A DNA stretch of 64,000 bases, from positions 125,180,001-125,244,000 of the forward strand of contig CM059431.1 in assembly GCA_030390025.1 (NCBI GenBank). The letters are read 5' to 3'. The stretch comes from Squalus acanthias (lineage: Eukaryota). The notes below the pieces were generated by a model, which was not told where the DNA came from, did no database searches, and was given only the letters and a program-made list of their open reading frames with translations. Shown one piece after another: positions 53,184 through 64,000 of the stretch. Position 1 is the first letter of the stretch, and each line of letters starts with the position of its first letter. A program made the translations under genes and the position numbers.

Positions 53184-53994
53184 TAAAGTCTTGTTTCAGG
53201 TACCTGAACAAATCTGCTGATATCCTGTAATACAGGCCACAGATTATTGTGGAATGCTGCAGGATGCATAATTCACGGTGCTGAAAGCCTTCCTACTTCC
53301 AAAAGCAAAGGGGGATAAAGAGGAAGAGGTGACATACCCTCCATCACCAGATCATGAGGAGGCTACACATGAGGGAGAAGAGTTCCCTTAAATAACTCTG
53401 CCGGCAGCCTGCGAGAGGAGGCAGCAGTTCACATCCAATTACTTCCAATACATTTTATAAAATAAACAAAGAGGAGATCTTTTCCCTCCATTTCCACAAT
53501 ATTAGCACCAATCTCTGTCCCAGTTTTGGCATTGTCTCAAACTCACACTGCCTGGCAAAAACAGGGCAGTTGAGCAGTAATCAGGGAAATCCAGTTACTC
53601 TTCTCTTCTTGCCTTCAAGTGACCAGTCCTGATTCTAACAGAGCTACTGAATCTGTTTCAAAATTCACCCGCTGGAAATCGATGAGTGCCTATTGAATAT
53701 ACTAAAATCAATGACCCATGACAGAATTGAGGCCCCGATACAATTTTAACTAGATGGGACAGAAGTCCCGCCTAGTGGCCAACCCGCTCAGCAATACCTC
53801 ACAGGATTGGCGTCAGAAACTGACTGATATGACCTGCTGGAAAATTTAAAGGGGTACTCACTTGCATCAATATAAATCAAAAGGATTACAGTGCTTTTTA
53901 TGATTAATGCATTCCACATGCATTCCAGAGCTTGGTGATTGCTTATTTTTCATTTGTTTGCCTTACTCATCCTGACTAAGCATTTTCAGCTCAT

Positions 53995-54640
53995 CATGGG
54001 GTTTCATTTTTGCTTCTTTATTCTGTATGGAAGAACACTTGGAGGAAGAGGAGCAGCAGCAGCAGTCTCAACAACAAGTCGAGCAGCAGCTGGGCCTAGT
54101 AGGGTACAGAAGATGAGAGGGCTGCTCATAGAAGCCCTAACCAGTCCACAGGGTGTGGAGGCCAATGGTTAATTTCCTGGATATCTCAAAGGGGCAGTGG
54201 GTCAGGTAACCGCACTTTACCCAGGAAGCTGTTACAGATCTGTGCAGACTCCTGCAGCTGGAACCGCTGCCTGCTGGACCAGGGGCCATTCTTTGCCGGT
54301 GGTTATCAAAGTCGCCGCCACCCTTATCATTTTCACCTTCAGCTCCTTCCATACTGCTACAGCAGTACCCCATCCGCATCTCTCAGTCTGCAGTGCACAG
54401 CTACATTAAGCAGGCATGGGATCACCAAAAACATCATTGAATGCAACATTGGTATCTTGAAGCTAATGTTGTAGTGCCTTGATTGGTCTGCGGGCTCCCT
54501 GTCATGTGCCCCAGGCAAAGTGCGTTGTAGCATATTAGTATGCTGCATTCTGCACAACATGGCTATTCAACGAGGATTGGAGTTGGAGAGGCACAACAAC
54601 AGCAAGAGGCGTCATCCGATGAGGAAGAATTGGGTGAAGC
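53995..54640 (+). pseudogene. Internally deleted Harbinger transposase remnant
   Basis: Q/E-rich N-terminus; VTDLCRLL..LPVVIKV; VCCILHNMAIQRG; acidic tail. Confidence 0.7.
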
Positions 54641-55682
54641 AAACAGAGTGCTGCGAGTTGACTGAGTCAGGGAGTTAGGTGAGGAGTGGAAGGAGGAGCT
54701 CCCTTGCTTCGTCTTTGTTGGAGAGACACAGGCTGCGAGATTCTCAGCTCAGCTCAGCTCAGCTCGATGCTGTGTGAACGGGTGAGCGAGCATACCCCGG
54801 CTGTTTGCGGGGAATGCTAGTGCGGAGGGCCCGGTGTAGAATGCCCAGGGTGGAAGACCCAGAGGAGAGTGGCCTAGGTGGGAGGCCCAGCATGGAGAAC
54901 CCGAGGCGGGGGGCCCAGTGCGGAGCAGCTGGTCGGCAGAGGTGGAGTCGGGAGATGCTGTGGGTGAGCATGCTGCACTGGTTCTAAAAGTTGAAGAATG
55001 GTCTCGGGCCCGGATGAGTTCCAGCGGCCCCGTATGTGCTCTGTCTGGCGGCAGCTGTGAGGCTTTTCTCGGTGACGGGATCGGGTTTGTGCGCCGCCAT
55101 TTTGGTGGAGGAAAGATAAACTGTTTCCATCTGTAGCATGGCGCGTGGGCGGTCACAAGATGGGAAATGTGAAAGGTTAAAAGTGGAAAAAAAGGAAAAA
55201 TAAAAGGAAGATAAAAGACAAAACAAAGTAATATCGGTACGGAATAATGAGTATTTTTTGATGACTGAGTCCTGTCAGCGATAACAGCAAGTCGAAGAAA
55301 ATCTGAGTTATCGGTCTTTTTTACAGGATTGAGAAAGTGGATGGTTTCTTTTCCGTGGAAAAGCTGAAGACTGTGGACAAGGACTATGACATCACATGGT
55401 TTGACAAACATCAAGTGAATACGAGGAGTTATTAGATTGCCAATAGGACTGGCATATAACTGGTATTTACTTGTTTTGTTGAAAAATGTTTCAGGTTTTC
55501 TGGTTGAAAGCAGCCTACTTGAAGCTTTAATTGATTTCTGATAAGGCTATGGGATTTTGCACATTGTGTTGTTAATTAGTGTTTATGCAGCATTTGCTTT
55601 GAGATTATTGTCCAGTAAATGGTATGAATTTATATTGGTAAGAAATTTATGGCTGGTTTTCGGGGGGGAAAAATTTCCTTAA

Positions 55683-56157
55683 TGAACGAACTATTGAACG
55701 GACGGACACTTGAGTGAACGAACAAACGATCGAACGAACGCAGGCATGCACATTGGAACTTACGCTCGATCGAACAAACAATTGTTTGGATGGTGATTGA
55801 ACGAACGAACGAGCGAACGCACGCATGCACGCACTTAGACAAATGGTACGCACACACGCATACATACTGGAACTTACACTCGATCGAACGAACGACGTTT
55901 AGTTGCGGGCCGGGCAATGAACGATCAAACGAACGGACGAGCGAACGCAAGCATGCACATTGGAACTTACACTCGATTGAATGAACGGTCGTTGGCCTCC
56001 GATCGAACGAGCGAACGCACACATGCATGCACTTAGACAAACGGTATGCACGCACGCACATTGGAACTTACGCTCGATCGAACGAACGAACGAACGCTCG
56101 AGTGAACGAACGAACGATTGAATAAACGATCAAATGAACGATTGAATGAACAAACGA
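55683..56157. repeat. Composite (GAAC)n/(GCAC)n minisatellite with higher-order units
   Basis: tggaacttac(g/a)ctcgat occurs four times; gcacttagacaaa twice. Confidence 0.85.
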
Positions 56158-56649
56158 TGCTAGTAGGACTGGCGTAAAATGGGTAGTAGGATATTTGTAG
56201 CATTTAATTGAATTATGATGGTGCTATGTGATTTGTACACTGAGGTGTTAAACTGTTTTCTTTTATGTGGAGTTTATCTTGAGATTTATTGTTTTAAATC
56301 TACAAAGTTTGTGTGAGATTATTTAAGGGTATTTGTACTGTAAACTTTGTTGATTTATTTGTAAAATGTTATTAATGTATTTATATTGTTAATCGTAAAG
56401 ATGTTCTTAAGGCTTTATTGTTTATTGAGATCAATGAATGTAATGGTTTACTATGTAATTGATGAGTTGTGTAAGTACTATTGTACTTGAATAAAAGATT
56501 TACAAGGCTTACAATTCAGAGGAGCTGAAGGCAGTTAATTAGGGAAACTAGATTAAGCTGGTACTCCTGTAGCAGGGCTCAGCAAGCTCCTTTGTTTGAG
56601 GGCCTATAAAAACAGACTTTGCAGTGCGATTTTGCATTGAGTGTGGTTT

Positions 56650-59600
56650 AAACAGAGTGCTGCAAGTTGGGTGAGTCAGGGAGTTAAGTGAGGAGTGGAA
56701 GGAGGAGCTCCCTTGCTTCGCCTTTGTTTTTCCTAACTTTTCACCCTGTAGGAATTGGTTCTTATTATAAGAAAGGAAAGAGTCCGAGAGCGGGAGCAGT
56801 CAAACAGCAACAACTGCGAAACTGCTAAAGTGACGTCACAACCAGGGAAGGAGCTGATTGGTAAGTAGGACCTAGTGAGTATTTCTACAGTCCAGTCGTT
56901 AAAGTAAAAGTAAGGTCTCTAGTTTAGAGTAAGTAGTGTTTAAAGGGAAGTAAGGTCTCTAGTGTATTTAATATTCATTAATTTAAAGGAAGAAAAGAGA
57001 GTAAATTAAGGGTAGGACATGGCAGGGCAGCTTGGCTGTGTGGAGTGCTCCTCCTGTGTTATGTGGGAAACCAGGGACACTTTAGGTGTCCAGAGCGAAC
57101 ACATGTGCAGGAAGTGTCTCCAGCTGCAGTTACTCGAAATCCGCGTTTCGGAGCTGGAGCTGCGGCTGGAGTCACTGTGGAGCATCCGCGAACTTGAGAT
57201 CTTCGTGGATAGCACATTTAACGAGGTGGTCACACGGCAGGTAAAGAGTACACAGGCAGACAGGAAATGGGTGACCGCCAGACAGAGTAAAAGAACTAGG
57301 AAGGTAGTGCAGAAGTCCCCTGGGTCCATCTCCTCCCTCTCCAACAGATTTTCCGTTTTGGATACTGATGGGGGAGATGGTTTCTCAGGGGAATGCAGCA
57401 AGAGCCAAGTCTGTGGCAGTAAGAGTGGCTCAGCTGCACAGGAGGGGAGGAAAAAGAGAGGGAGAGCAATAGTGATAGGGGATTCTATCGTAAGGGGAAC
57501 AGATAGACGTTTCTGTGGCCGCAGACGTGACTCCAGGATGGTATGTTGCCTCCCTGGTGCCAGGGTCAAGGATGTCACTGAACGGCTGCTTTGCATTCTG
57601 AAGGGGGAGGGCAAACAGTCAGAGGTTGTGGTTCACATTGGTACCAACGACATGGGTAGAAAGAGGGATGAGGTCCTGCAACAAGAATTTAGGGAGCTAG
57701 GTAGCAGATTAAAAAGCAGGACCTCAAAGGTTGTAATCTCTGGATTACTCCCGGTGCCATGTACTAGTGAGTATAAGAATAGGAGGATAGAGCAGATGAA
57801 TGCGTGGCTAAAGATTTGGTGCAGGAGGGAGGGCTTTAGTTTCCTGGCTCACTGGGTCTGCTTCTGGGGAAGGTGGGACCTGTACAAGTCGGGCGGGTTG
57901 CACCTGAACCGGAACGGGACCAACATCCTTGCGGTGAGGTTTGCTAGTACTGTTGCGGGGGGGGGGCGGTTAAACTGACTTGGCAGGGGGATGGTATATG
58001 GAGTGGAGCTATAGTAGGGGGTGATGCACAGCCAAATATAGAGGGAAAAACAAGTCAGCCTGGAAGGCAGAGCAAATATGTAATGGCACAAGGGAGTATG
58101 GCAAGGCTGGATGGCATTTATTTTAATGCGAGGAGTCTTGCGAGTAAGGCAGATGAATTGAAGGTGTTGAGAACACATGGGAGTATGATATTGTTGCTAT
58201 CACAGAGACATGGTTGAGGGAGGGGCAGGACTGGCAGCTCAATATTCTGGGGTATAGAATCGTCAGGCGAGACAGAGGGGGGTGTAAAAGAGGAGGGGGT
58301 GTCGCAATATTAATCAAGGAGTCAATTACTGCTGTAAGGAGGGATGATATCTTAGCAGGTTCCTCTAATGAGGCCATATGGGTAGAACTTAAAAACAAAA
58401 AGGGGGCAAGCACTTTGCTGGGAGTGTACAATAGGCCCACTAACAGTCAGGGGGAGATAAAGGAACAGATATGTAGGCATATCTCAGAGAAGTGTAGAAA
58501 TAATAGGGTAATAATAGTAGGGGATTTCAACTTCCCCAATATTAACTGGGATAGTCAGAGTGTGAAAGGCTTAGAGGGTGCGGAATTCTTAAAGTGCATC
58601 CAGGAGAGCTTTTTGAGCCAGCATGTAGAAAGTCCGACAAGAGAGGTGGCGGTACTAGACCTAATTCTAGGGAATGTAGCCGGGCAAGTGGTAGATGTGT
58701 CAGTAGGAGAGCATTTTGGTGACAGTGACCATAATTCGGTGAGATTTAAGGTAGTCATGGAAAAGGACAAAGATGGACCGGAAATAAAGGTTCTAAGTTG
58801 GGGGAAAGCTGATTTTAACATGATAAGGCAGGATCTGGCCAAAATGGACTGGGATCAGCTACTTGTAGGAAAATCCACATCAGTGCAATGGGAGTCTTTC
58901 AGAAAGGAAATAGAGAGAGTACAACGCCAACATGTTCCCGTAAAGGTCAAGACTGTGACCAACAAGCCCAGGGAACCCTGGATGTCAAGGGATATACAAG
59001 AATGGATTAGGAAAATAAGGGAGGCTTTTGGCAGATACAAAGGACTAAAAACAGTGGAAGCCCTAGAGGAGTATAGAAAGTGCAGGGGGGTACTTAAAAA
59101 ATAATTTAGGAGAGCGAAGAGGGGGCATGAAAAAACACTGGCGGGCAAAATAAAGGAAAATCCCAAGGTGTTTTATAAGTATATTAAGGGCAAGAGGATA
59201 ACCAGGGAAAGAGTAGGGCCCATTAGGGACCAAAGTGGCAATCTGTGTGTAGAGCTGGAAGATTTAGGTGAGGTTTTAAATGAATATTTTGCATCTGTGT
59301 TCACTATGGAGAAGGGTGACGTAGGGATAGAAATCAGTCAGGGGGATTGTGATATACTTGAACAAATTTGTATTGAGAGGGAGGAGGTACTAGTGGTTTT
59401 AGCGGGCTTAAAAGTGGATAAATACCCAGGCCCTGACGGGATGTATCCCAGGCTGCTGTGTGAGGCAAGGGAGGAGATTGCAGGGGCTCTGACACAAATT
59501 TTCTGAACCTCTCTGGCCACAGGGGAGGTGCCAGAGGACTGGAGAACAGCTAATGTAGTAACATTGTTCAAGAAGGGTAGTAGGGATAAACCAGGGAATT

Positions 59601-60996
59601 ACAGGCCAGTGAGCCTAACATCAGTGGTAGGGAAATTATTGGAAAAAATTCTGAAATTCTGAGGGACAGAATTAGTCTCCACTTGGAGAGGCAGGGATTA
59701 ATCCAGGATAGTCAGCATGGCTTTGTCAGGGGAGATCATGTCTGACCAATTTGATTGAATTTTTCGAGGGGTGACTAGGTGTGTGGATGAGGGTACTGCA
59801 GTTGATGTAGTCTACATGGACTTCAGTAAGGCTTTTGACAAAGTCCCACATGGGAGACTGGTCAAGAAGGTAAGAGCCCATGGGATCCAGGGCAATTTGG
59901 CACATTGGATCCAAAATTGGCTTAGTGGCAGGAGGCAGAGGGTGATGGTCGAAGGTTGTTTTTGTAACTGGAAGCCTGTGTCCAGTGGTGTACCGCAGGG
60001 GTCGGTGCTGGGTCCTTTGCTGTTTGTAGTGTACATTAATGATTTAGATATGAATGTAGGAGGTATGATCAGTAAGTTCGCAGATGACACGAAAATTGGT
60101 GGGGTGGTAAATAGCGAGGAGGGAAGCCTCAGGCTACAGGACGTTATAGATGGGTTGGTTAGATGGGCAGAACAGTGGCAAATGGAATTTAACCCTGAAA
60201 AGTGTGAGGTGATACATTTTGGGAGGACTAACAAGGCAAGGGAATACACAATGAATGGTAGGACCCTAGGAAGGACAGAGGATCAGAGGGACCTTGGTGT
60301 GCATGTACATAGATCCCTGAAGGCAGCAGGACAGGTAGATAAGGTGGTTAAAAAGGCTTATGGGATACTTGCCTTCATTAGCCGAGGTATAGAATATAAG
60401 AGCAGGGAGGTTATGATGGAGCTGTACAAAACGCTAGTTAGGCCACAGCTGGAATACTGTGTGCAGTTCTGGTCACCACACTATAGGAGGGATGTGATTT
60501 AATTGGAGAGGGTGCAGAGGAGGTTCACCAGGATGTTACCTGGACTGGAGTGTATCAGCTATGGAGAGAGACTGGACAGGCTGGGTTTGCTTTCCTTAGA
60601 GCAGAGAAGGCTGAAGGGGGACCTGATTGAGGTGTACAAAATTATGAGGGGCATAGATGGGGGTAGGTAGAAAGGAACTTTTCCCCTTAGTAGAGGGGTC
60701 AATAACCAGAGAGCATAGTTTAAAGGTAAGGGGCAGGAGGTTTAGAGGGGATTTGAGGAAAAAGTTTTTCACCCAGAGGGTGGTTGGAATCTGGAACTCA
60801 TGCCTGAGAGGGTGGTGAAGGCAGGAACCCTCACAACATTCAGGAAGCATTTAGATGAGCACTTGAAATGTCATAGCATACAAGGCTATGGACCAAGTGC
60901 TGGGAAATGGGATCAGAATAGACAGGGGTTGATGGCCGGCGCGGACACGATGGACCGAAGGGGCTCTTTCTGTGCTGTATAACTCTATGACTCTAT
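56650..60996 (+). mobile_element. Near full-length CR1 LINE (ORF2 disrupted), (TATGACTC)n tail
   Basis: ORF1 plus EN/RT motifs (GDFN, SDHN, YMDFSKAFD, GVPQGS, FADD); 5' boundary uncertain. Confidence 0.93.
57019..57978 (+). CDS. CR1 ORF1p: zinc finger, coiled coil, SGNH/GDSL esterase domain
   Basis: CVECSSC..CRKC; IVIGDSIVRG, PGA, HIGTND, GLHLN; open for 319 aa. Confidence 0.9.
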   Translation: MAGQLGCVECSSCVMWETRDTLGVQSEHMCRKCLQLQLLEIRVSELELRLESLWSIRELEIFVDSTFNEVVTRQVKSTQADRKWVTARQSKRTRKVVQKSPGSISSLSNRFSVLDTDGGDGFSGECSKSQVCGSKSGSAAQEGRKKRGRAIVIGDSIVRGTDRRFCGRRRDSRMVCCLPGARVKDVTERLLCILKGEGKQSEVVVHIGTNDMGRKRDEVLQQEFRELGSRLKSRTSKVVISGLLPVPCTSEYKNRRIEQMNAWLKIWCRREGFSFLAHWVCFWGRWDLYKSGGLHLNRNGTNILAVRFASTVAGGGRLN

Positions 60997-61292
60997 GGGC
61001 TCGATTTTCCAAGCCCCGAGGAGGCGGGATTGGAGGCGTGTGAGGTGGTAAAATCTAAGAAATTGGGGGCGGGTGGCACACCCGACCCCATCCCGCCTCT
61101 GTGCCCTTTTGCCAGGAGGCGGGAGGATGTGCAGCTTCGGGTCCCGTCTCCTGGAGGCGGGAAAGGATTTGAATCCTTTTAACTGCCTGTTAACAGGTAG
61201 CCATGATGCGGAGAAGTCGGTGTTGGACTGGGGTGGACAAAAATGAGAAGTCGCACAGCACCAGGTTATAGTCCAACAGTTTTATTTGAAAT

Positions 61293-61328
61293 TACGAGCT
61301 TTCGGAGCGCTGCTCCTTCGTCAGGTAC
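61293..61328 (-). ncRNA. Minimal type-I hammerhead ribozyme, canonical core
   Basis: TAC-CTGACGA-aGGAGCagcGCTCC-GAAAG-CTC-GTA on the minus strand. Confidence 0.75.
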
Positions 61329-62284
61329 AGTGAGGGAATACGAATCAGTTACAAAGCATATATAGACAGAGAACAATGTGTCTGCAGAGATACAATCCGT
61401 CAGGGAGGCATTACATCAAAGACACAGTAGAATACAGCTAAGACAATGAGGTGGGGTCACAGGGGGTCCAACGTGTCAAATGCTGCAGTCTGCAGTTAAG
61501 CTTTTTACTTTTTTTTAAAAACTGGAAATCACATCTGTGAACAAGACAACGACGACTCTAGTCTGGACTCTAGTCTCGACTCTAGTCACGTCCTGTAGCG
61601 TGACATGAAACCGAGATCCCGGTTGAGGCCGTCCTCATGGGTGTTGAACTTGGCTATCAGTTTCTGCTCGATGATTTTGCATTGTCATGTGTCTCGAAGG
61701 CCGCCTTGGAGAACGCTAACCCGCGGATCTGAGGCTGAATGTCCTTGACTGCTGAAGTGTTCCCCAACTGGGAGGTAACAATCCTGCCTGGCGATTGTTG
61801 CGCAGTGTCCGTTCATACGTTGTCTCAGTGTCTGCATGGTCTCGCCGATGTACCATGCTGCGGTGCATTCTTTCCTGCAACGGATCTGCGGGTTAGCGTT
61901 CTCCAAGGCGGCCTTCAAGACACACGACAATGCAAAATCATCGAGCAGAAACTGATAGCCAAGTTCTGCACCCATGAGGATGGCCTCAACCGGGATCTCG
62001 GTTTCATGTCACGCTACAGGACGTAACTAGAGTCGAGACTAGAGTCCAGACTAGAGTCGTCGTTGTCTTGTTCACAGATGTGATTTCCAGTTTTTAAAAA
62101 AAAGTAAAAAGCTTAACTGCAGACTGCAGCATTTGACACGTTGGACCCCCTGTAACCCCACCTCATTGTCTTAGCTGTATTCTGCTGTGTCTTTGATGTA
62201 ATGCCTCCCTGACGGATTGTATCTCTGCAGACACATTGTTCTCTGTCTATATATGCTTTGAAACTGATTCGTATTCCCTCACTG

Positions 62285-62320
62285 TACCTGACAAAGGAGC
62301 AGCGCTCCGAAAGCTCGTAA
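62285..62320 (+). ncRNA. Hammerhead motif copy with mutated core (CTGACAA)
   Basis: Inverted copy of 61293-61328 with G>A in the CUGANGA box. Confidence 0.6.
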
Positions 62321-63223
62321 TTTCAAATAAAACTGTTGGACTATAACCTGGTGTTGTGCGACTTCTCATTTTTGTTAACAGGTAGTTAACAAGCATAAAA
62401 AGGGATTAGTGCCATTTTACCTTCACAGGTGCAGGCTTCCCGACCTCGGAGAACCCCGTCGGGTTGGAGGAGACGTGAAGGAGGTCTGCGGAGGTCAGAG
62501 GCACCTGGAAGTAAGGTGTAGAGGTGAGTGATGGGTGCAAGTGTGGAGTGGTAAGTATGCAAGGTGAGTGATAAGTTTAAAAAAGTGTTCACTTACCTTT
62601 TTTTACTTCTGTAGCCCTTAGCCGTGCTGGATCGGGAGAGCGGACATCCTCCTTGTCAATTTCAGGTAATGGCTGATGGACCCTCCGATCCATCAGACAT
62701 CTGAAATTTACTTTTTCACAATGTTTTTTCAGTCCTCACCACAAAAACGAATCAAACTTAAGAGAATGTCAGTGTTTGACAGCTTCACAGAGCTGTCAAA
62801 CGCTGTCATTTCTTCTTTCAAGAAGTCTTGACAGATAGCACGTCTGACATTGACGTGATCTGTCAGTGACTTCTTCCATAATTGGCTTGCTGAGCCCGCC
62901 GGGCGGGCTTTACAAGCTCAATCAGGGGAAAATCCCTCTGAATGGTCAGGCGAGGATGAAGGCGGGACATTGAAACGACAAGCAGCAGTCCCACCTCCAA
63001 GTCGCCTCCATTGACAAAATCCAGCTCTATGACTTCACTATTCACCTATGCTGCCCCCTCACTCCCTATTAATATTATGCAATGACAATGACTAACAACA
63101 CACAGGGAGGGCCCTTGGAAATGGAACTTCACTCCATCTTTGTCTCCTTCTAAGCATCTATGCTCTGGACTCTCTACACTCACTCCATCATTCTCACTCA
63201 AACTCCACTTGTCTCTCATTGCA

Positions 63224-64000
63224 GGAAAAGAGAGCCCACAATTAAAGGGAAAATGCGAAGATTGGAGGAGGGCCACTTTCCCTCGTCCATTTGACCCATG
63301 CTGAAGAGGCGGCCCTGGAAATCGTTGGCACTGAGGTGGAGGTGGAACTGTGGGATGGACAGACGGGCGCAGCAGAGCAAGCTGGTGACAGAATAGTTTT
63401 GCATCTCTCTCTTTTACATTGCATGAGTCAAAAAAATGGCTGGTGATATACATTTATAGAATGGCAATTGATCATCTGCGCTATTGCACTACCGTAACAT
63501 CTCTAACTCATTCTTTTACTCCCCTACATCACCATCGAGAGACACCTTCCCCATTGTTCAGGAGGCAGAGCCTGAGGCGGAAGACTCCTCAGAAGAACCT
63601 GCAACCTCTGAGGGCTCAGCGTCAGCAGATGTAAGCGTACCCAGCACCAGCGCATATATGGGACATAGAGTAGTGTTGTCACCTGGTGTGTCACAGCTCA
63701 CAAGTGAGCATCAGCAGGTAGTGGAGACAGGGACATCAGTGGAGAATCCTCGTCGGAGGTTGCAGGGCTCTCCTAGCACTGCTCAGCTGCATGTGGACCC
63801 TGTGCCTCCGGGTCCATCCAGAAGGAGAGCAGTGCTGGAACTCCAGGAACAGGTGCAGGAGTCTCTAGCAGGTTTTGTCTCCAGGGTCACTGCGTGTGTG
63901 GAGAGGATGGAGGAGTCCAACTCGAATATGAGCAGAGCCTTTGTGGAGTCATTGACGCATGAGCGCATCTCCTCGGAAAGTTTGGCTACCTCCGTGGAAG
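63224..64000 (+). pseudogene. Harbinger Myb-like gene exons 2-3 (partial, runs off the window)
   Basis: cattgcAG|GAAAAGAGAGCCCAC acceptor; CTG|GTGACAG donor; exon 3 similar to 4876-5479. Confidence 0.75.

Larger units (their letters stand above)
61201..62372. mobile_element. Penelope-like element with inverted duplicated pseudo-LTR
   Basis: WYIGETMQTLRQRMNGH GIY-YIG motif (minus strand); arms ~61237-61729 / 61883-62376; 13-bp TSD TGTTAACAGGTAG at 61188-61200 and 62373-62385. Confidence 0.93.
60997..63027. mobile_element. Non-autonomous Harbinger inserted in the CR1 tail
   Basis: gggctcgatttt / aaaatccagctc termini; TAT TSD; CR1 tail resumes (tatgact) at 63028. Confidence 0.85.

Noticed and set aside
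44601..54740. 14-bp exact match CACAGGCTGCGAGA between the second LTR (44601) and 54727
   Set aside because: Several 14-mer matches are expected by chance in 64 kb; the match does not extend
54749..55414. 221-aa minus-strand ORF
   Set aside because: Low-complexity mosaic with no domain; likely a chance ORF across GC-rich DNA
55683..56157. CRISPR-like repeat-spacer appearance
   Set aside because: Eukaryotic context, repetitive spacers, no cas genes
54716..56504. Possible solo LTR (TGT...AATAAA..TACA)
   Set aside because: No matching TSD at the candidate ends; kept only as part of the unexplained module
57006..57614. Long antisense ORFs over LINE coding regions
   Set aside because: Shadow frames of retroelement ORFs

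Overview
This is vertebrate nuclear DNA, most likely from a cartilaginous fish (shark). That inference rests on the repeat families present: CR1 LINEs with esterase ORF1 and octamer tails, a SacSINE1-like DeuSINE, RTE, Penelope and abundant PIF/Harbinger elements. Much of the window is nested transposable elements, and I cannot identify a host protein-coding gene (only one candidate 105-nt exon). Main contents: (i) a PIF/Harbinger DNA-transposon system, with degenerate HARBI1-like transposase copies, several copies of a 3-exon Myb/SANT-like partner gene, and many TIR-bounded derivatives and MITEs; (ii) CR1, CR1/L2-like, L2 and RTE LINEs, including a young CR1 with a clear twin-priming 5' inversion and a near full-length CR1 with an odd duplicated 5' leader; (iii) two Penelope-like elements with 13-bp TSDs and minimal hammerhead ribozyme motifs, one forming a ~490-bp-arm inverted repeat; (iv) two related, long solo LTRs inserted ~210 bp apart in one Harbinger copy. 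Coordinates were read by eye and may be off by a few bases. Family names come from recognised motifs, not database searches.
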